From Eledone cirrhosa (Eukaryota): 64,000 bases of DNA. This document shows positions 50,795 to 64,000 of this stretch, piece by piece. The DNA lies in NCBI GenBank assembly GCA_964016885.1, contig OZ024742.1, forward strand, positions 126,294,001 to 126,358,000, read 5' to 3'. The notes beneath the pieces were generated by a model. That model did no database searches. It had not been told where the DNA came from and saw only the letters and a program-made list of their open reading frames with translations. The position numbers were made by a program, and so were the translations under genes. How positions within the stretch are numbered: the first letter of the stretch is position 1; each line of letters opens with the position of its first letter.

Positions 50795-53700
50795 TATGAT
50801 TAAATCAGCAAGATACACACACAAAAGTTGACCTCTCGCTCAGAAAAGGAAATAAACCCAATTTACATAGACTAACACAACTACAAACACGCACTAAACT
50901 ACATGCCCCCCACCCCCTCCAACAGCTATATTGCTGAAAAAGAAAAACAACTAAACAATTCTATATAATAAATAATCTGGCGTTACGCAGTAATATAGAA
51001 GACCCAACTTCCCACAGGTAAAGTCGAAGCTGAAGCATATAGACAGTATGCCCCACCCCCTCCCACAGTAGTGGTCATGTAGGTGCCACGGTAAAAAAGG
51101 AGGTTGGTGTTAGGAAGGGCATCCAGTTGTAGAAATCAAGCCAAAATCAGTTCCATATGAGCAAGACAAGGTCACCTGACTTGGCATTGCCCACAACAGG
51201 ACAACCCATGTAACCCATGCTAGCATGGAAGAATGGACGTAAAATGGTGATGATGATATATATCTTGTCCATTGAAACAGACACATAAATCTATAACCAC
51301 GTATAGACATAAACATAAAAAGACTATACCACACAAACGAAAATAGACTATATATATATATATATAACCCGTGCTAGCGTGGAAGATAGACATTAAACGA
51401 TGATTATATATATATATATATATCTTGTCAATTAAACACAAATTTATAATCATGTGTAGACATAGACATAAAAAGACTATACCATACAAATAAAAACAGA
51501 CTATTGACATTAGGAAGGGCATCCAGCCGTAGAAAGTAAACCCAAAATAGTTCTGTATGAACAAGACATGGTCACCTGACCTGACATGCCTCAAATGGGA
51601 TAACATGTCTAACCCATGATAGCATGGAAAATGGGCATTAAACAATGATGATGATGATTATATATATATACAAACAATCTATTTTTAGAATTGTTAAGCA
51701 ATAGGAAATTTGTGAATTTGACAGAAGCTCCTACATTGTTTGAATATGAAATATAGTCTTTAAGTTGGGCATAGAAACCCTGAAGACAGAAAAAAATGTT
51801 TACAGCACAACTTGTGTATACATGTGTGATGTGTATGGAAGTAGCTGTGTAAAGAAATACAGGTAAATCCCAGTGGCTGGAACCTGTGGAAAAGACAGGC
51901 AGATCCAGAAAGACTTGGGGCAAGGTTGTGAAGAGCAACCATAAGAAACTAAGCCTCACAATTGAGATGACAAAGGATTGAGAGGGCTGGCACTATGCTG
52001 AGATGATGCAGACCCAGACACAAACATGCAATACAATATGACCTGACCCATCTATATGTCCCAGCTTCCCTTCCACTAACACTTCCCACCACCACCACCC
52101 TTTGGCCCCTCCAGAACCACTCCCCACATCTAAAGTTCTTAGATACTGTCACTAACCCCTTGTACATTCCCTCCACCACCACACATCTCTCCTTCACTTC
52201 CAACCCCACACTCTGTTGACCACATTGCCTACATAACTACATCCCCTCTCCCCATACATTATCAGCCACCCCTTCCCCTTACTCATCGCTCTGCTAAATC
52301 ATATACACCTATAACTTGATACCTATCTTCCCTCTCCTCAGAGCAGAGATGGCTCTTCAGTTGGAAGTATGATCAGCAAACTCTTTGGTGATGGTGCCTT
52401 GAAAAAGCAACCAGTACACCTGGTAAGCGTTATTGGCAGTAGGAAGGGCATCCACTACAGAAACTATACCTAAAAGGGTTGAGAGGACCCTTCAGTTGTG
52501 CCAATGACACAACAACCTCTCTAGTGTTGGTGATCTATATGATAAATGCACCCCATCCATGCTGTAAAGTGGCTGGCGATAGGAAGGGCATCCAACTGTA
52601 GAAAGCTTGCCAAATAAAGGGTTGGGAGGACCCTTCAGTTGTGTCAAGAACATGACAACCTCCCTAGTGTTGGCGTTCAACATAATAATTGCACCCAGTA
52701 CATGCTGTGAAGTAATTGGTCATAGGAAGGGCATTCAGTCTCTGGTGCTGGTGCAATGATAGAATGCACTTGGTAAAATGCGAAACTGTATGTAAGCAAG
52801 ATGCAAATCCCCAGCCTGATTGAAAGGTCAGTGGCCCCGCTTCAATATAGACTCAGTCTTTGAAAACCAGTCCAACTCTTGCTAGCAGGGAAAATGGATG
52901 TTAAATGAGGATGATGATATATATGCATATTTATTGTATATATATAGACACGTTTCATTTGGAAGATAGAGTTATTGTTGTCTGTTAAAAGGAAGTAAAC
53001 AAAAATTCGAGAAACTTGGAACTTTATAAAATGAATGAATTAATAAGAAATCATTATGTAATGTAGCTGTGAAACAAAAACTTTACACTAAGTGACACTT
53101 AAGAACATTTTACATATTAAAATATTAAAACTTCATAGAATACCATGCTGTAAGATTGAAGCTAGGACCATATGATTATAAAGGAAACTCATAAGCCATG
53201 TCTGTACCTATAAACCTATCATCTAATTAGATTGTGATTATGAATGTAATGACACATAATGAAATTAATGCTAATGACATGGTATGTTTTTAATTGATGC
53301 CAGATGTTTTCTCACATAAACTCAAAAACAAGACAAATAGGTCAAATAAATAAAGAATTAAGAAAATATAATACTCACAGCTCAGATAAAACTAACTTTT
53401 AATAATCCTTTCATTACTATATTTCTAATGAAAGACACTGCATAAGATTATAAAATAATTTTGAAAGTAACCATGAATTTAGAGGAATTTAGTAATATAA
53501 CAAACTTCCTCATTATTAAGCTGGTGTTTGGAACATAACTTTCCTATATAAAATTTAAATGAAAGATTTAACAAAAATAAATATAAACACTTTAAAACAA
53601 ATAGTTTTGTAGTGTTGAATGAGGGGCAGTTTCAATTGGTTCAGTATGAAAAGGGTTAGCACAATTTAATATGATTCCTTAACACTTTTGTTACCTTATT

Positions 53701-53829
53701 TCTAATGAAAGACATTACCTAGGATTTTCAAATAATTTTGAAAATCAAGAGTTTAGAGGGATTCAGTAATATAACTAACTTTCCCATAATTAATCTGGTC
53801 TTTGGAATATAACAATTCTTTTTACCCTT

Positions 53830-54370
53830 CTCCTCCTCCTTCGCCCACTTATTCCTGATTGGAGGCAGAGTCCTCAAACACTCCTTCCAGCAAGTCTTAT
53901 CAGAAGCAACCGTCTCCACAAGTGAGACCACATGGATGTTATCCAACCATCTTGCTCAGGGTCTACAGATAAGGGTTGGCATGAATATCAAATTGAAGAT
54001 AGCGAGTTTGGCTTTTATGCCTACCTCCGTTCTTCTGATTACCGAATGCTGAAGCTGGCGCATTAATGCACAAGCTTCTGTAATTCTTGCACTTAATTGA
54101 GCCTCCTGCCTTCCACCACTGATGAACATGGTACCAAGATACTTGAACTTCTCTACCTGCTTCAGTGGAACTCCATTCACATGTAGAGTGCACTGCGCAG
54201 GCTTCCTTGAGAGGACGAGTGTCTCAGTTTTCGCAGTACTGATTTTCATTCCAGCGGTGCAACACTTGGTATTAAACCTATCAAGTGTAAGTCGGAGATC
54301 AGCTTCTGTTGAGTTAAGTAACACAATTTCGTCAGCAAATTCCAGCTGACTGATTTTACAGTCAGGTTGG
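53830..54370 (-). mobile_element. Second RTE family fragment (end of RT)
   Basis: EFADEIVLL...GMKISTAKTE...VEKFKYLG. Confidence 0.8.
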
Positions 54371-54959
54371 AAGTGTATGACACATGTTCTTACATAAAAT
54401 TATGGTATATTTTTAGATAAATATAAACATTTATTAAACAAACCATTCAGTATGATAGAACTAGGGATGATGTTCTTACATAAAATTATCAAACAGGGCC
54501 CCATGACCTGGTTGTGGACTGATTTGAAGAAATTCAAATTGTTTCCTCTCTATTCAGTTTCTGCTGTCTTTCTTTCTCCCTCTCTCTCTTCCTTTCTTCC
54601 TGCTTGTGTGTATATATGTGTGTGTGTGTGTTATATGAGGGGTACACCAAACCTGAATTGCCCCAGGTACCCCAAGGTCAAAATCTGGTCATGCCAATAT
54701 ATTTTTTAAATTATTCATATGCATGACTTATGCAAAGAAATAGGGAAAACCTGATGAATGGATTAAAATGGGAGAGGAGGGGAGGTCCTAGATGAATGGA
54801 TAACTGGTTATTGGAATGCTTCTAAAAATGTAGTTAGGAAATTACTTAAATAATCCTCATTGTTCTAGTTTTACCCACCCAGATTTCTCTTTCCTTGTAT
54901 CTGTCTATCCGTGTCTCTATATTCCCCTTGCATCTCTCTCTCTCTTACCATATATCTCT

Positions 54960-55400
54960 ACAGTAATACAGTACCCCACACTCACAGCTGCTATACCCTA
55001 CACTCACATCTACAATACCCCACACTGAGAGCTACACAACCCTACACTACCCCACACTGAGAGCTACACAACCCTCACACTCACAGCTACAAAACCTCAC
55101 AGTTATAGTACCCCACACTGAGCCCTACATCACCCCACACTTACAGCTACACTACCTCACACTGAGAGCTACACCACCCTACACTACCTCACTCACAGCT
55201 ACTGTACCCCAGACAGCTACACTACCTCACACATACACATAGCTACAGTATCCCACACTTACAGCTACTGTACCTCACACACACACATAGCTACAGTATC
55301 TCACACTCATAGCTACACTACCTCACACTCACAGCTGCTGTACCTCACACACACACATAGCTACAGTCTCCCACACTCACAGCTACACAACCCCACACTT
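54960..55400. repeat. C/A-rich minisatellite of ~20-25-bp units (ACAGCTAC..CCYCACACT)
   Basis: Directly visible. Confidence 0.85.
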
Positions 55401-57139
55401 TCACCAACAGTAGTTCACAAAACGATATCTAACATCATCATCATCATCATCATCAATATACTAGACCACAAACATCTGTTGAAAGATAATTAACTAATTA
55501 ACCTATCAAGTGTTATTTTCTAAGATAGGGTCAAATTTCTTATATATTGATTTTTTTTCTTCTTCTAATCAGTCAAACCACTTGACATTATTTATCACTT
55601 TAAATGCACTAAATTAACTTGATATCTTTACTGAAAACTTAAACTAGGCCTTTATATTTCTTTTATTATCACCATTTAACATCAGTTCTCTCTGCCAGCA
55701 AAGGTTGGACAGGTCATCACTATTAACCTCTCTCCACATTCTACAGAGTGCACCAAGTGCATTCTATTATGATACTAGCACAAGGGAGTTGTTATGTCTT
55801 TGACTCAATTAAAGGGACTTCCTGACCTTTTGTCAAATTTTGTATGGCTGGATACCCTTCCTATTGACAACCAATTTCCAGAGTGTACTGGGTGCATTTA
55901 TCATGTCTCCAACACTAAGGTGGTTATCATGTTCTTAACACTACTGAAAAATCCTCCCAAATTTTCTACAGCCAGATGCCCTTCCTTTCACCAACCACTT
56001 TACAAAATTAACTTAGTGAGTTTTCTTTTGTTATGTACACACCAAGCCTAGAGATGTGTTCTTGATACATTTGAAGAGTTCTTTCAAACCCTTTTAGCAA
56101 GGTTTCTACAACTAGATGCCCTACCTATCACCAACCACCTTACAGGGTGTATTTTTCATAGCACCAGCACTAGAGAGGTTGTCAGTCATTGACTCAACTG
56201 AAGAACATCTCTAATGTTTAATAATTTTTATTCAATTTTGTTGTTTTGTTTTACATCTGTTCCACCAGGAATTATGAAAGATGTCACTCATTTTGCTGTT
56301 TAGTTCTAAGTCTGCCCTGATCAAAGCTATTCCATCATTTATTATCCCATCTTTTTGTATATCTAGAACAATAATATTCGATGTGTCTTTAGTCTTTTTT
56401 TTAAAATGGTATTATGTCATTTTGGCTTTTCTGAAATTACACGATGCCATCTTAAAAAAGAAACAATCACAACCATTTCAAGAGATAATAATGGGGTGAT
56501 GGTTCTGCCTGGCTGGCCACATCCTCCATCTAGTTGATCACTGGCACATAAAAATGGCAATGACTTGGGACCCTCACCATTTAACATCCATTTTTCTATG
56601 ATAGGATGGGTTAGATGATATATATCATCATGATCATTATTCTACGCCTGCTTTTCCTTGCTTGCAAGGGTGGGATGGGTCCTCTTCAGCACAGCATCTC
56701 TCCATTTCGTCATCTCCTCTGAAGTCAGCTCTCATCACCTCCGCCCATACTTTGCCTGGTCTTTCTCTACTGTATCTTATTCCACTGGGATTACTTGGCA
56801 CACACACATATATATATATGTATATAAAGCAGCTGTGAAAGATGAGACTAGCCAACCTGTATTTTGAATTAACTTTTGAAACTTTCTCTCTCTTTTTTTA
56901 ATGCTTTTAAATGCTTCTGACTCTCTCAAAGTAAAACCCAGCACATGGCTCTATCGTTTTTGTATCCCTCCCATCTGCCGCTATTCCCCCACTTTCCAGT
57001 TAGCTGTTTTGGCAGACATGGTTTTCATTCTCCACCTCAGTTCTCAGGGGTACCCTGTTACACTGTATGTTATATGTATGTGTATGTATTGTAGTGCATG
57101 TGTATATACTGTATATGGACTATACTGTATATATATATA

Positions 57140-59516
57140 CTAGCAGAAAAACCGCCCATCGGGCGGTTTTCTGCTAGCATATGTAGTGTGCATATTGGTA
57201 TTATACGCAAATATATGTGCATATAGATATATGTAAATTGAAAAGTAAATTGACAATATCTTCTTCACCCACTTATTTCTGAGAGGGTCATGGGGGCAGA
57301 GTCCTTCTCAAACACTCCTTCCAGTGAGTCTGTCAGTAGCAAACATCTCTAACTGATCCAGCTGGATCCTAAAGCGTGACCAGCCAAGCTCATGGATGTT
57401 ATCCAACTATCTTGCTCAGGGTCTACCTCTGGGTCTCTTGATGGTTAGTTTTGCCTGTAAAATGTGTCCAGCGATTCTTTACTGAGACATTCTAACCACA
57501 TGCTCATAATATCGGAGTTGTGATCTCTCAATTCGGAGAAGTAGCCGCTCTGCTAGGAGTGACTCTCTGGTCTCTGAGCTATGCACTTTATCGAGTAACG
57601 TTACTCCAAAGACCCTTCGGAGGAATCTCATTTCTGCCACTTTTATTTGCAATTGTATTCTTTTGGTCATTATTCAAGATTCATGATCCTCGGTAAGAGT
57701 TGGCAGGAATACCAGGAAGACAAAACGTTTGGCTTTTACACCTACCCCCTTTCTTCAGGTTGCTGAATGCTGAAGCTGGCGCTTTACTGCATCAGCTTTT
57801 GCAATTCTTGCACTTAATTCAGTCTCCTGCATTCCATCACTCGTGAACACGGCTCCAAGATACTTGAACTTCTCTATCTGCTTCAGTAGAACTCCATTCA
57901 CATGTATATAAATTTGAGGGACTTCTGTCCACCCGTCCATCACACAATGTGTATGGGTGTTTGTGTGAATGTATGTGTGTAAAACAAAGGAAAGGCATAC
58001 ACACATATGTCTCTAACTTAAAAACAGTGACACACACACACGTGTCTCTAATTTAAGAACGCCGACAAACTCACACGCGTGCACATACACACACTGCCCT
58101 ATTACCGCTCAAGAGCTTTGGCCCGGGCAAACATCCCCTCAATTTTGGAACCGTTTGGGTTGTCCTGAATTGATGAGAAACTTGGCGGTCTTACTCCATG
58201 TGCCTGGTCAAGAAGCAGGTGCCTTACTTGGGAGTCACAGTTAGTGACTCTTTTGCTTCTTCCCACATCCTGGATGCAGCAGTAAGGGCGAGAGCCACAG
58301 CATCCACAGCTGAACAGAACAAAATCCTAAAATATGTTCTGTCAGCTAAATACATTATCCAGCCTGTGGCGTTCAAGATGTTTGGGGGAGTCAGGCTACA
58401 GACAGCGAGGTTCTTATCTTCACTGGCGGCTCGCCAAACAGAGGTAACTGGTGATGCTCGTGAGGGCACTTGGTTGTTCCAGCACCTCAGCCTCGCCATC
58501 ACCCCCAGGTAATGCTGCGAGCGTGTTGGCCTGCCTGAAAAATTATTAGAGAGGTTTCCCAGCGCTCCTCACTATATTGCTATCTTTTGCTCTGGTAGCG
58601 GCTCGTTTTTCTACCCCTTTAGTCTGCATTTTGTTCTATGGGGTCTAAGATGTGGGTATTACGTGCTTGTGTATTTTTTCTTTCTTTTTTTCCTTTCCCT
58701 TTCCTTTGTATATATCATATTTGTTAGTGTTTTCATTCTGTAACCATTATATTAAATGAGTTAAAAAAAGAGTTAATAAATAAAAAAGAGTTAATAAATA
58801 AATAAAGAGTTAATAAATAAATAAAACGTTATACTTGTTTTACTCTCCCATTTTCAATTAAACCTAATGCTATCATGACTGTATGTGTGTATTTGTGTAA
58901 ATGTATATGTGTGAATGTATGTATGTTTGTGTAAATGTATGTATATTTGTGTGAAAGTATGTGTGAATGTATGTATGTTTGTATGAAAGTATGTGTATTT
59001 GTGTGAAAGAATGTGTATTTGTGTGAATTATGTCCATGGGAGTGTATTTTTATAAGTTTGTGTTTGCGCGATTATAGTTATTATAGTTTAGATATACTGA
59101 TACATATAGATGTCAGTGCGTAGAAAGTCATAATCTCTCTATCTCTCTCATCACATACTCTCTCTTTCTATATATATGGTAGTTGAAGTGATGGTGGTGG
59201 CAATGATATACCGGAAGTGCAACTTTGAATAGAAGTCAATTTGAAATTATTTATTTTTACAAAATTATTTTTGTTTACGAAATTGAGTAGATAAATTATG
59301 TAATATTCATTCATTATTTTCTGCCGAGGTTAACTTTGCCTTTCATACTTACGGGGTCGATAAAATAAAGTACCAGTAATGTACTGGGTAATTTGCTGGC
59401 CTTGTGCCAAAAGTAGAAACAATTATTTATTCAAATTAATCCAACTTATTTTACAAACGGAATAAAAGAAAAAAAACGTACGCAATCCCGCAGACCTTCC
59501 TTTATCATAGTTTAGA
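57140..59516 (-). mobile_element. Second copy of the 50192-50794 Helitron family, expanded by nested RTE, CRE and SINE pieces
   Basis: CTAG plus hairpin at 57140-57177 and TC start at 59516. Both ends and segment 59210-59460 are reverse-complement similar to 50192-50794. Confidence 0.75.
58098..58620 (+). mobile_element. CRE-like LINE 3' fragment
   Basis: VTVSDSFASSHILDAAVR...WLFQHLSLAIT. Similar to 42320-42840. Confidence 0.85.
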
Positions 59517-60298
59517 TGTCAACTAGGAATTGATAGATATATATATAAAATAAACATATGAAACAATCACAGGGAATAATTTGTAAAGTGTGTAAGCTCA
59601 CACAGCTTTACAAATTATTCCCTATGATTGTTTCATATCTTTATTTTAGATATATATATATGTCAATCAATTTCTAGTTGATATAAAATGCTTGGATCTA
59701 TTCATTGGAATCTTTGAGCATATTCTACAGTGGATATGGCGCATACCTCTCGGACATGACACCCTTAATTTAATTTTGGATATATATATATTATGTACTC
59801 ACATGTATGTGTGATATGTGGTTGCTCCTCTATACATGGCCCGAACTGCCCTGACAAGCCAATCATCTAGATCTAATTACCTAAGTGCCCACCAGATTAT
59901 AGAGCATGGAACCCAGTCAAAGACCTTCTTTGACAGTGGCTTACTCTTAGCTAAGTATCTCTCCTGTAGTTATCTCACCAGAAAGAGGGCATCTGTAGTA
60001 CCCCTACCTGGCATACATCTGAACTGCATCTTATCTAACTTGATTCTGTCCCTAATTAGTTATGCTATAACCCTTTCAGTAACTTTCATGACCTGGTCCA
60101 CTAACTTGATGCCTCTAGTTACTTCTCTCACGTGCATACCCTTTGCCCTTATAGCAATTTACAATGACACTGCTGCACCAGTTGTTGGGTATGACACCAT
60201 CATGTACTACTTGATTAACTATGTGTCACAAGCTTGTATCCTGCCATGCCATGGGCCAAGTGCTTTCTCTATATGTGTGCATGTGTGTGTGTGTTTGC

Positions 60299-60337
<39 letters not shown>

Positions 60338-60340
<3 letters not shown>

Positions 60341-63244
60341 TCATCATCATCATCGTTTAACGTCCATCTTCCACGCTTGCATGGGTTTGGACGGGAATTT
60401 TCCCACTTGAGGCAAGATGAGGTAAGATTGGTTGTCTTGCTCGTATAGGACTGTCTGGCGGGTTTTCTACAGCTAGATGCCCTTCCTAACACCCACCACG
60501 TTTACAGTGTAGACTGGGAGGTTTTTACTGTGTTACCTACACGGCCACATTACAGCGTGAACTGTGTGTTTTTTTTGTCGTGACACCTACACGACCTCAT
60601 TTGTTTCGGCCTGTATGTTGTGGTACCAACATAACTTTACATCGAAAGGGGTGGGTGGGGGGTAGTGGGACGGGGCTGTATTTTTGTTAGAGGTGCCTAC
60701 TGACTGTAGGTTTCGCTTTGTACTTAGGCAAGGCGGGTCTTCTGTGTTACTGTGTAGCGCCAAAGATCTCGGTCCAATGACATTGTCTTGGAGAGGTGTA
60801 AGTGCGTGAGGTCGGAATTTATCAAGTCGTCCCAGGTTTTTCTGGGTCTGCCTACTCCGTGGCTACCGTCTATTTTTATCGCCCTGCACTTTTTTATACA
60901 GCTGTCGTCTTTCATGCACATCACGTGACCGTACCAACGTAGTCTTCTCTCAAGTAAACAACAACTGATCCCTCTTATTCCTAATTTCTCCTTTAGTTCA
61001 TTTATGCTTTGCCGTTCACGTATATTACTATTACACATCCAGCGGAGCATGCAAGCTTCGTTCCTCTCCAGTCTGCGTATATCCTCTGCACACAATGCCC
61101 AAGTCTCACTGCCATGTAACATTGCTGTTCGTATGCAGGCATCATACAGCCTGCCTTTCATTTTTAGAGAGAACCCTTTAGCGGCCAATAGTGGTATAAG
61201 CTCTCTGAACTTTTTCCATCCCGTTCTGACTCTAGCTACTGTACTTTCACAGCACCCTCCACCACTGCTGATTTTGTCACCCAGGTAACGGAAGCTGTCC
61301 ACGATTTCTATAGAACCATCTGTGCAATGGAATGAGCTAGTATTCTGTGGGCACTTGCTGCTACTTATTGCACCTGAGCACCGGCCACATATAAAATCTA
61401 TATTCTTAGTTAGCTTACCTGTGATCCCACTACATCTTTTATGCACCCATACTTTGCATTTGGGACATAAAAAAGTTTCTGCCTACTCCTTTCCTACACA
61501 CTGAGCATGGCCATTTCCCAGATGGGACCGGTGCCCTATTTTCCTTCCTACAAACTAGAACTTTAGTCTTAGACAGGTTAATTTTAAGGCCTTTTGATTC
61601 TAGGCTATGCTTCCATGTTTGGAATTTCTTATCTAGTTCAGCCATTGATTCAGCTATGAGCGTTAGATCATCTGCGTATAGGAGTTTCCATGGGCAGCCG
61701 GTCTTGAACTCCTCTGTTATAGCCTGAAGGGCAATAATAAATAGTAGGGGGCTAAGAACGGAGCCCTGATGAACACCAACTTTTACGCTAAACTCTTCAC
61801 TATATTCGTTGTTAATTCTAACCTTGCTGATTGTTTCTTTATACATGGCTTGTATAGCTCTCACAAGCCATTCATCAACACCTAGTTTTCTAAGAGCCCA
61901 CCAGATAATGGAGCGGGGGACTCTGTCAAAGGCTTTCTCCAAGTTAACAAAAGCTAAGTATAGGGGCTTACTTTTAGCTAGGTACTTCTGTAGTTGTCGT
62001 ACAATGAAAAGAGCGTCTGTGGTACTTTTACCTGACACAAACCCGAACTGCATTTCATCTAGATCAATTCGCTCTCTGATTAGTTGCACTATTACTTTTC
62101 TGTGACCTTCATGACCTGGTCGATTAATTTAATACCTCTATAGTTACCCCTATCTAGGGCATCTCCTTTACCCTTGTAGCAGTTAATGATAATGCTGCTA
62201 CGCCAGTCCTTCGGAATGATCCCATTACTATCCGGGTGACCATAGTGTGTCCCACTGTTCCAGATGCTTTCAGCATTTCAGCAACTATTTCCGAAGGCCC
62301 AGCTGCCTTACCCGTCTTCATATCTTTGATTGCCTTACTTATTATACTACCTTCAACTTGCACTGCTGGTCCCTCTATTGGATCGATGTGGAGGAGACTG
62401 TTTTTCTCCCATTTATTCTCCTCATTTAGTAGCCTTTCGTAGTGATACTTTCAAGCTACCTTCTTATCAGCGTTAGTGATGGCAAGTACACCATCATCAT
62501 TAAGGACACACTTCTCCCCGACAATATCACTGTTTTCCTTGACACATTGCCTAGCAATCCTGAACACCTCACGTTTTTGGTCCTCGCGTTGTAGAACATG
62601 CTTGAACTTTCTTTCCTCTGCTTCCCTTCTTGTGAAGTACACTTGTCTCCTAGCTTCTCTCCTGGCCACTTGATAGTTTTCTCTACTTCCCCCATCCCGC
62701 CATGCTTTCCAAGCCTGCTTTTTGGCCTTGATTGACTCCTCCACCTTACTGTTCCACCACCATGTTACTCTCCTCCTGCCTATAGGTCTGCTCCAGCCAC
62801 AGACTTCATCTACCACCTTCAGCAGGTTAGCTTTCAGGAATTCCCACTGTTCCTCTATATTGTACGACTCTAATTGCTCTTCCTTACTGTCAAAAGCATC
62901 AAGTAATATGCTTTTAAATTTATTACTGGCTGTGGGGTCCTTTAGCTTCCATATTTTTCTCCTGAGGATAATCCTCCTCTGTTGTCGAGTACGTCTTGAC
63001 CTGACTATGAGGTCGCTAACTATGAGTCTATGTTGGGAGGTGCATTCTTCATGGGGAAGGGATTTAGTGTTTACAACAGACACTCTATCACGTCTTCTGG
63101 TAAGGATATAATCTATCTGACTGGCGTGTTCCCCTGATCTATAGGTGATCAAGTGATTGTCTCGTTTTTTGAAGTTAGTGTTACAGATAGTTAGGTTATT
63201 TGCATCACAGAATTCCAGGATTCTGGAGCCTTCCTCATTTCTAG
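60338..63244 (-). mobile_element. RTE LINE, 5'-truncated within the endonuclease, frameshifted
   Basis: SQIDYIL, KAAGPSEI, QFGF, LEKAFDRVPR, GVHQGSVLSPLLF, LLYADD, FRYLG, HGSETW, RLRWYGH, GRPRKTW, 3' UTR, (GAT)n tail. Confidence 0.95.
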
Positions 63245-63247
63245 TAC

Positions 63248-64000
63248 AATGGGCTGGGTGGAGTAGGAATCATGGTAGCAGAAAAGTGGGCAGATAAGAT
63301 AATAGACGTAAATAGAGTGAACGACAGAATAATTAAAATAAGACTTGTCCTCAATAGAACTACTGTGACAATAATATCTGCATATGCACCACAATCCGGA
63401 CTGCCTGACGTTATAAAAGACAGATTCTATGAGACGTTAATGCTCACTACCTCCCAAATAACCGACAGTGACTACATAGTTATCGCTGGCGACCTAAATG
63501 GTCACGTTGGACAACATTGTGACGGCTATGATGGAATCCATGGAGGCTATGGGTTTGGTACTAGAAATGAGGAAGGCTCCAGAATCCTGAAATTCTGTGA
63601 CTCAAATAACCTAACTATCTGTAACACTAACTTCAAAAAACGAGACAATCACTTGATCACCTATAGATCGGGGGAACACACAAGCCAGGTAGATTATATC
63701 CTTACGAGGAGACGTGACAGAGTGTTTGTTGTAAACACTAAATCCCTCCCCCATGAAGAATGCACTTCTCAACATAAACTCATAATTAGCGACCTCATAG
63801 TCAGGACGAGACGTACTCGACAGCAAAAGAGGACTATCCTCAGGAGAAAAATATGGAAGTTAAAAGACCCCACAGCCAGTAATAAATTTAAAATCATATT
63901 ACTTGATGCTTTTGACAGTAAGGAAGAGCAATTAGAGTCGTACAATATAGAGGAACAGTGGGAATTCCTGAAAGCTAACCTGCTGAAGGTGGTAGATGAA
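63248..64000 (+). mobile_element. RTE LINE endonuclease region, running off the window end
   Basis: GLGGVGIM, ISAYAPQ, AGDLNGHVG, SQVDYIL. Head-to-head with the previous copy. Confidence 0.9.

Overview
AT-rich animal genomic DNA. The repeat families resemble those of Octopus, which is an inference. The window is mostly transposable elements and microsatellites. The only confident host coding segment is the terminal exon of a ZRSR2-like splicing factor (- strand, 48230-48939), so the DNA to its right is probably intron. Mobile elements include a decayed hAT transposon, a complete but frameshifted Gypsy LTR element (194-bp LTRs, AAAAT TSD), a non-coding LTR element with a tRNA-Trp PBS, many RTE, CRE and CR1 LINE pieces, tRNA-derived SINEs, three non-autonomous Helitrons and several MITEs. 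Most notable: (1) at least four minimal type-I hammerhead ribozyme motifs in short Penelope/retrozyme-like units next to (TA)n tracts, one inside a 335-bp palindrome; (2) a Gypsy element with no tRNA PBS whose PBS position is complementary to its own LTR (possible self-priming); (3) a U6 snRNA-RTE tail chimera; (4) a SINE that repeatedly re-inserts into its own target duplication. All calls were made by eye, with no database searches.
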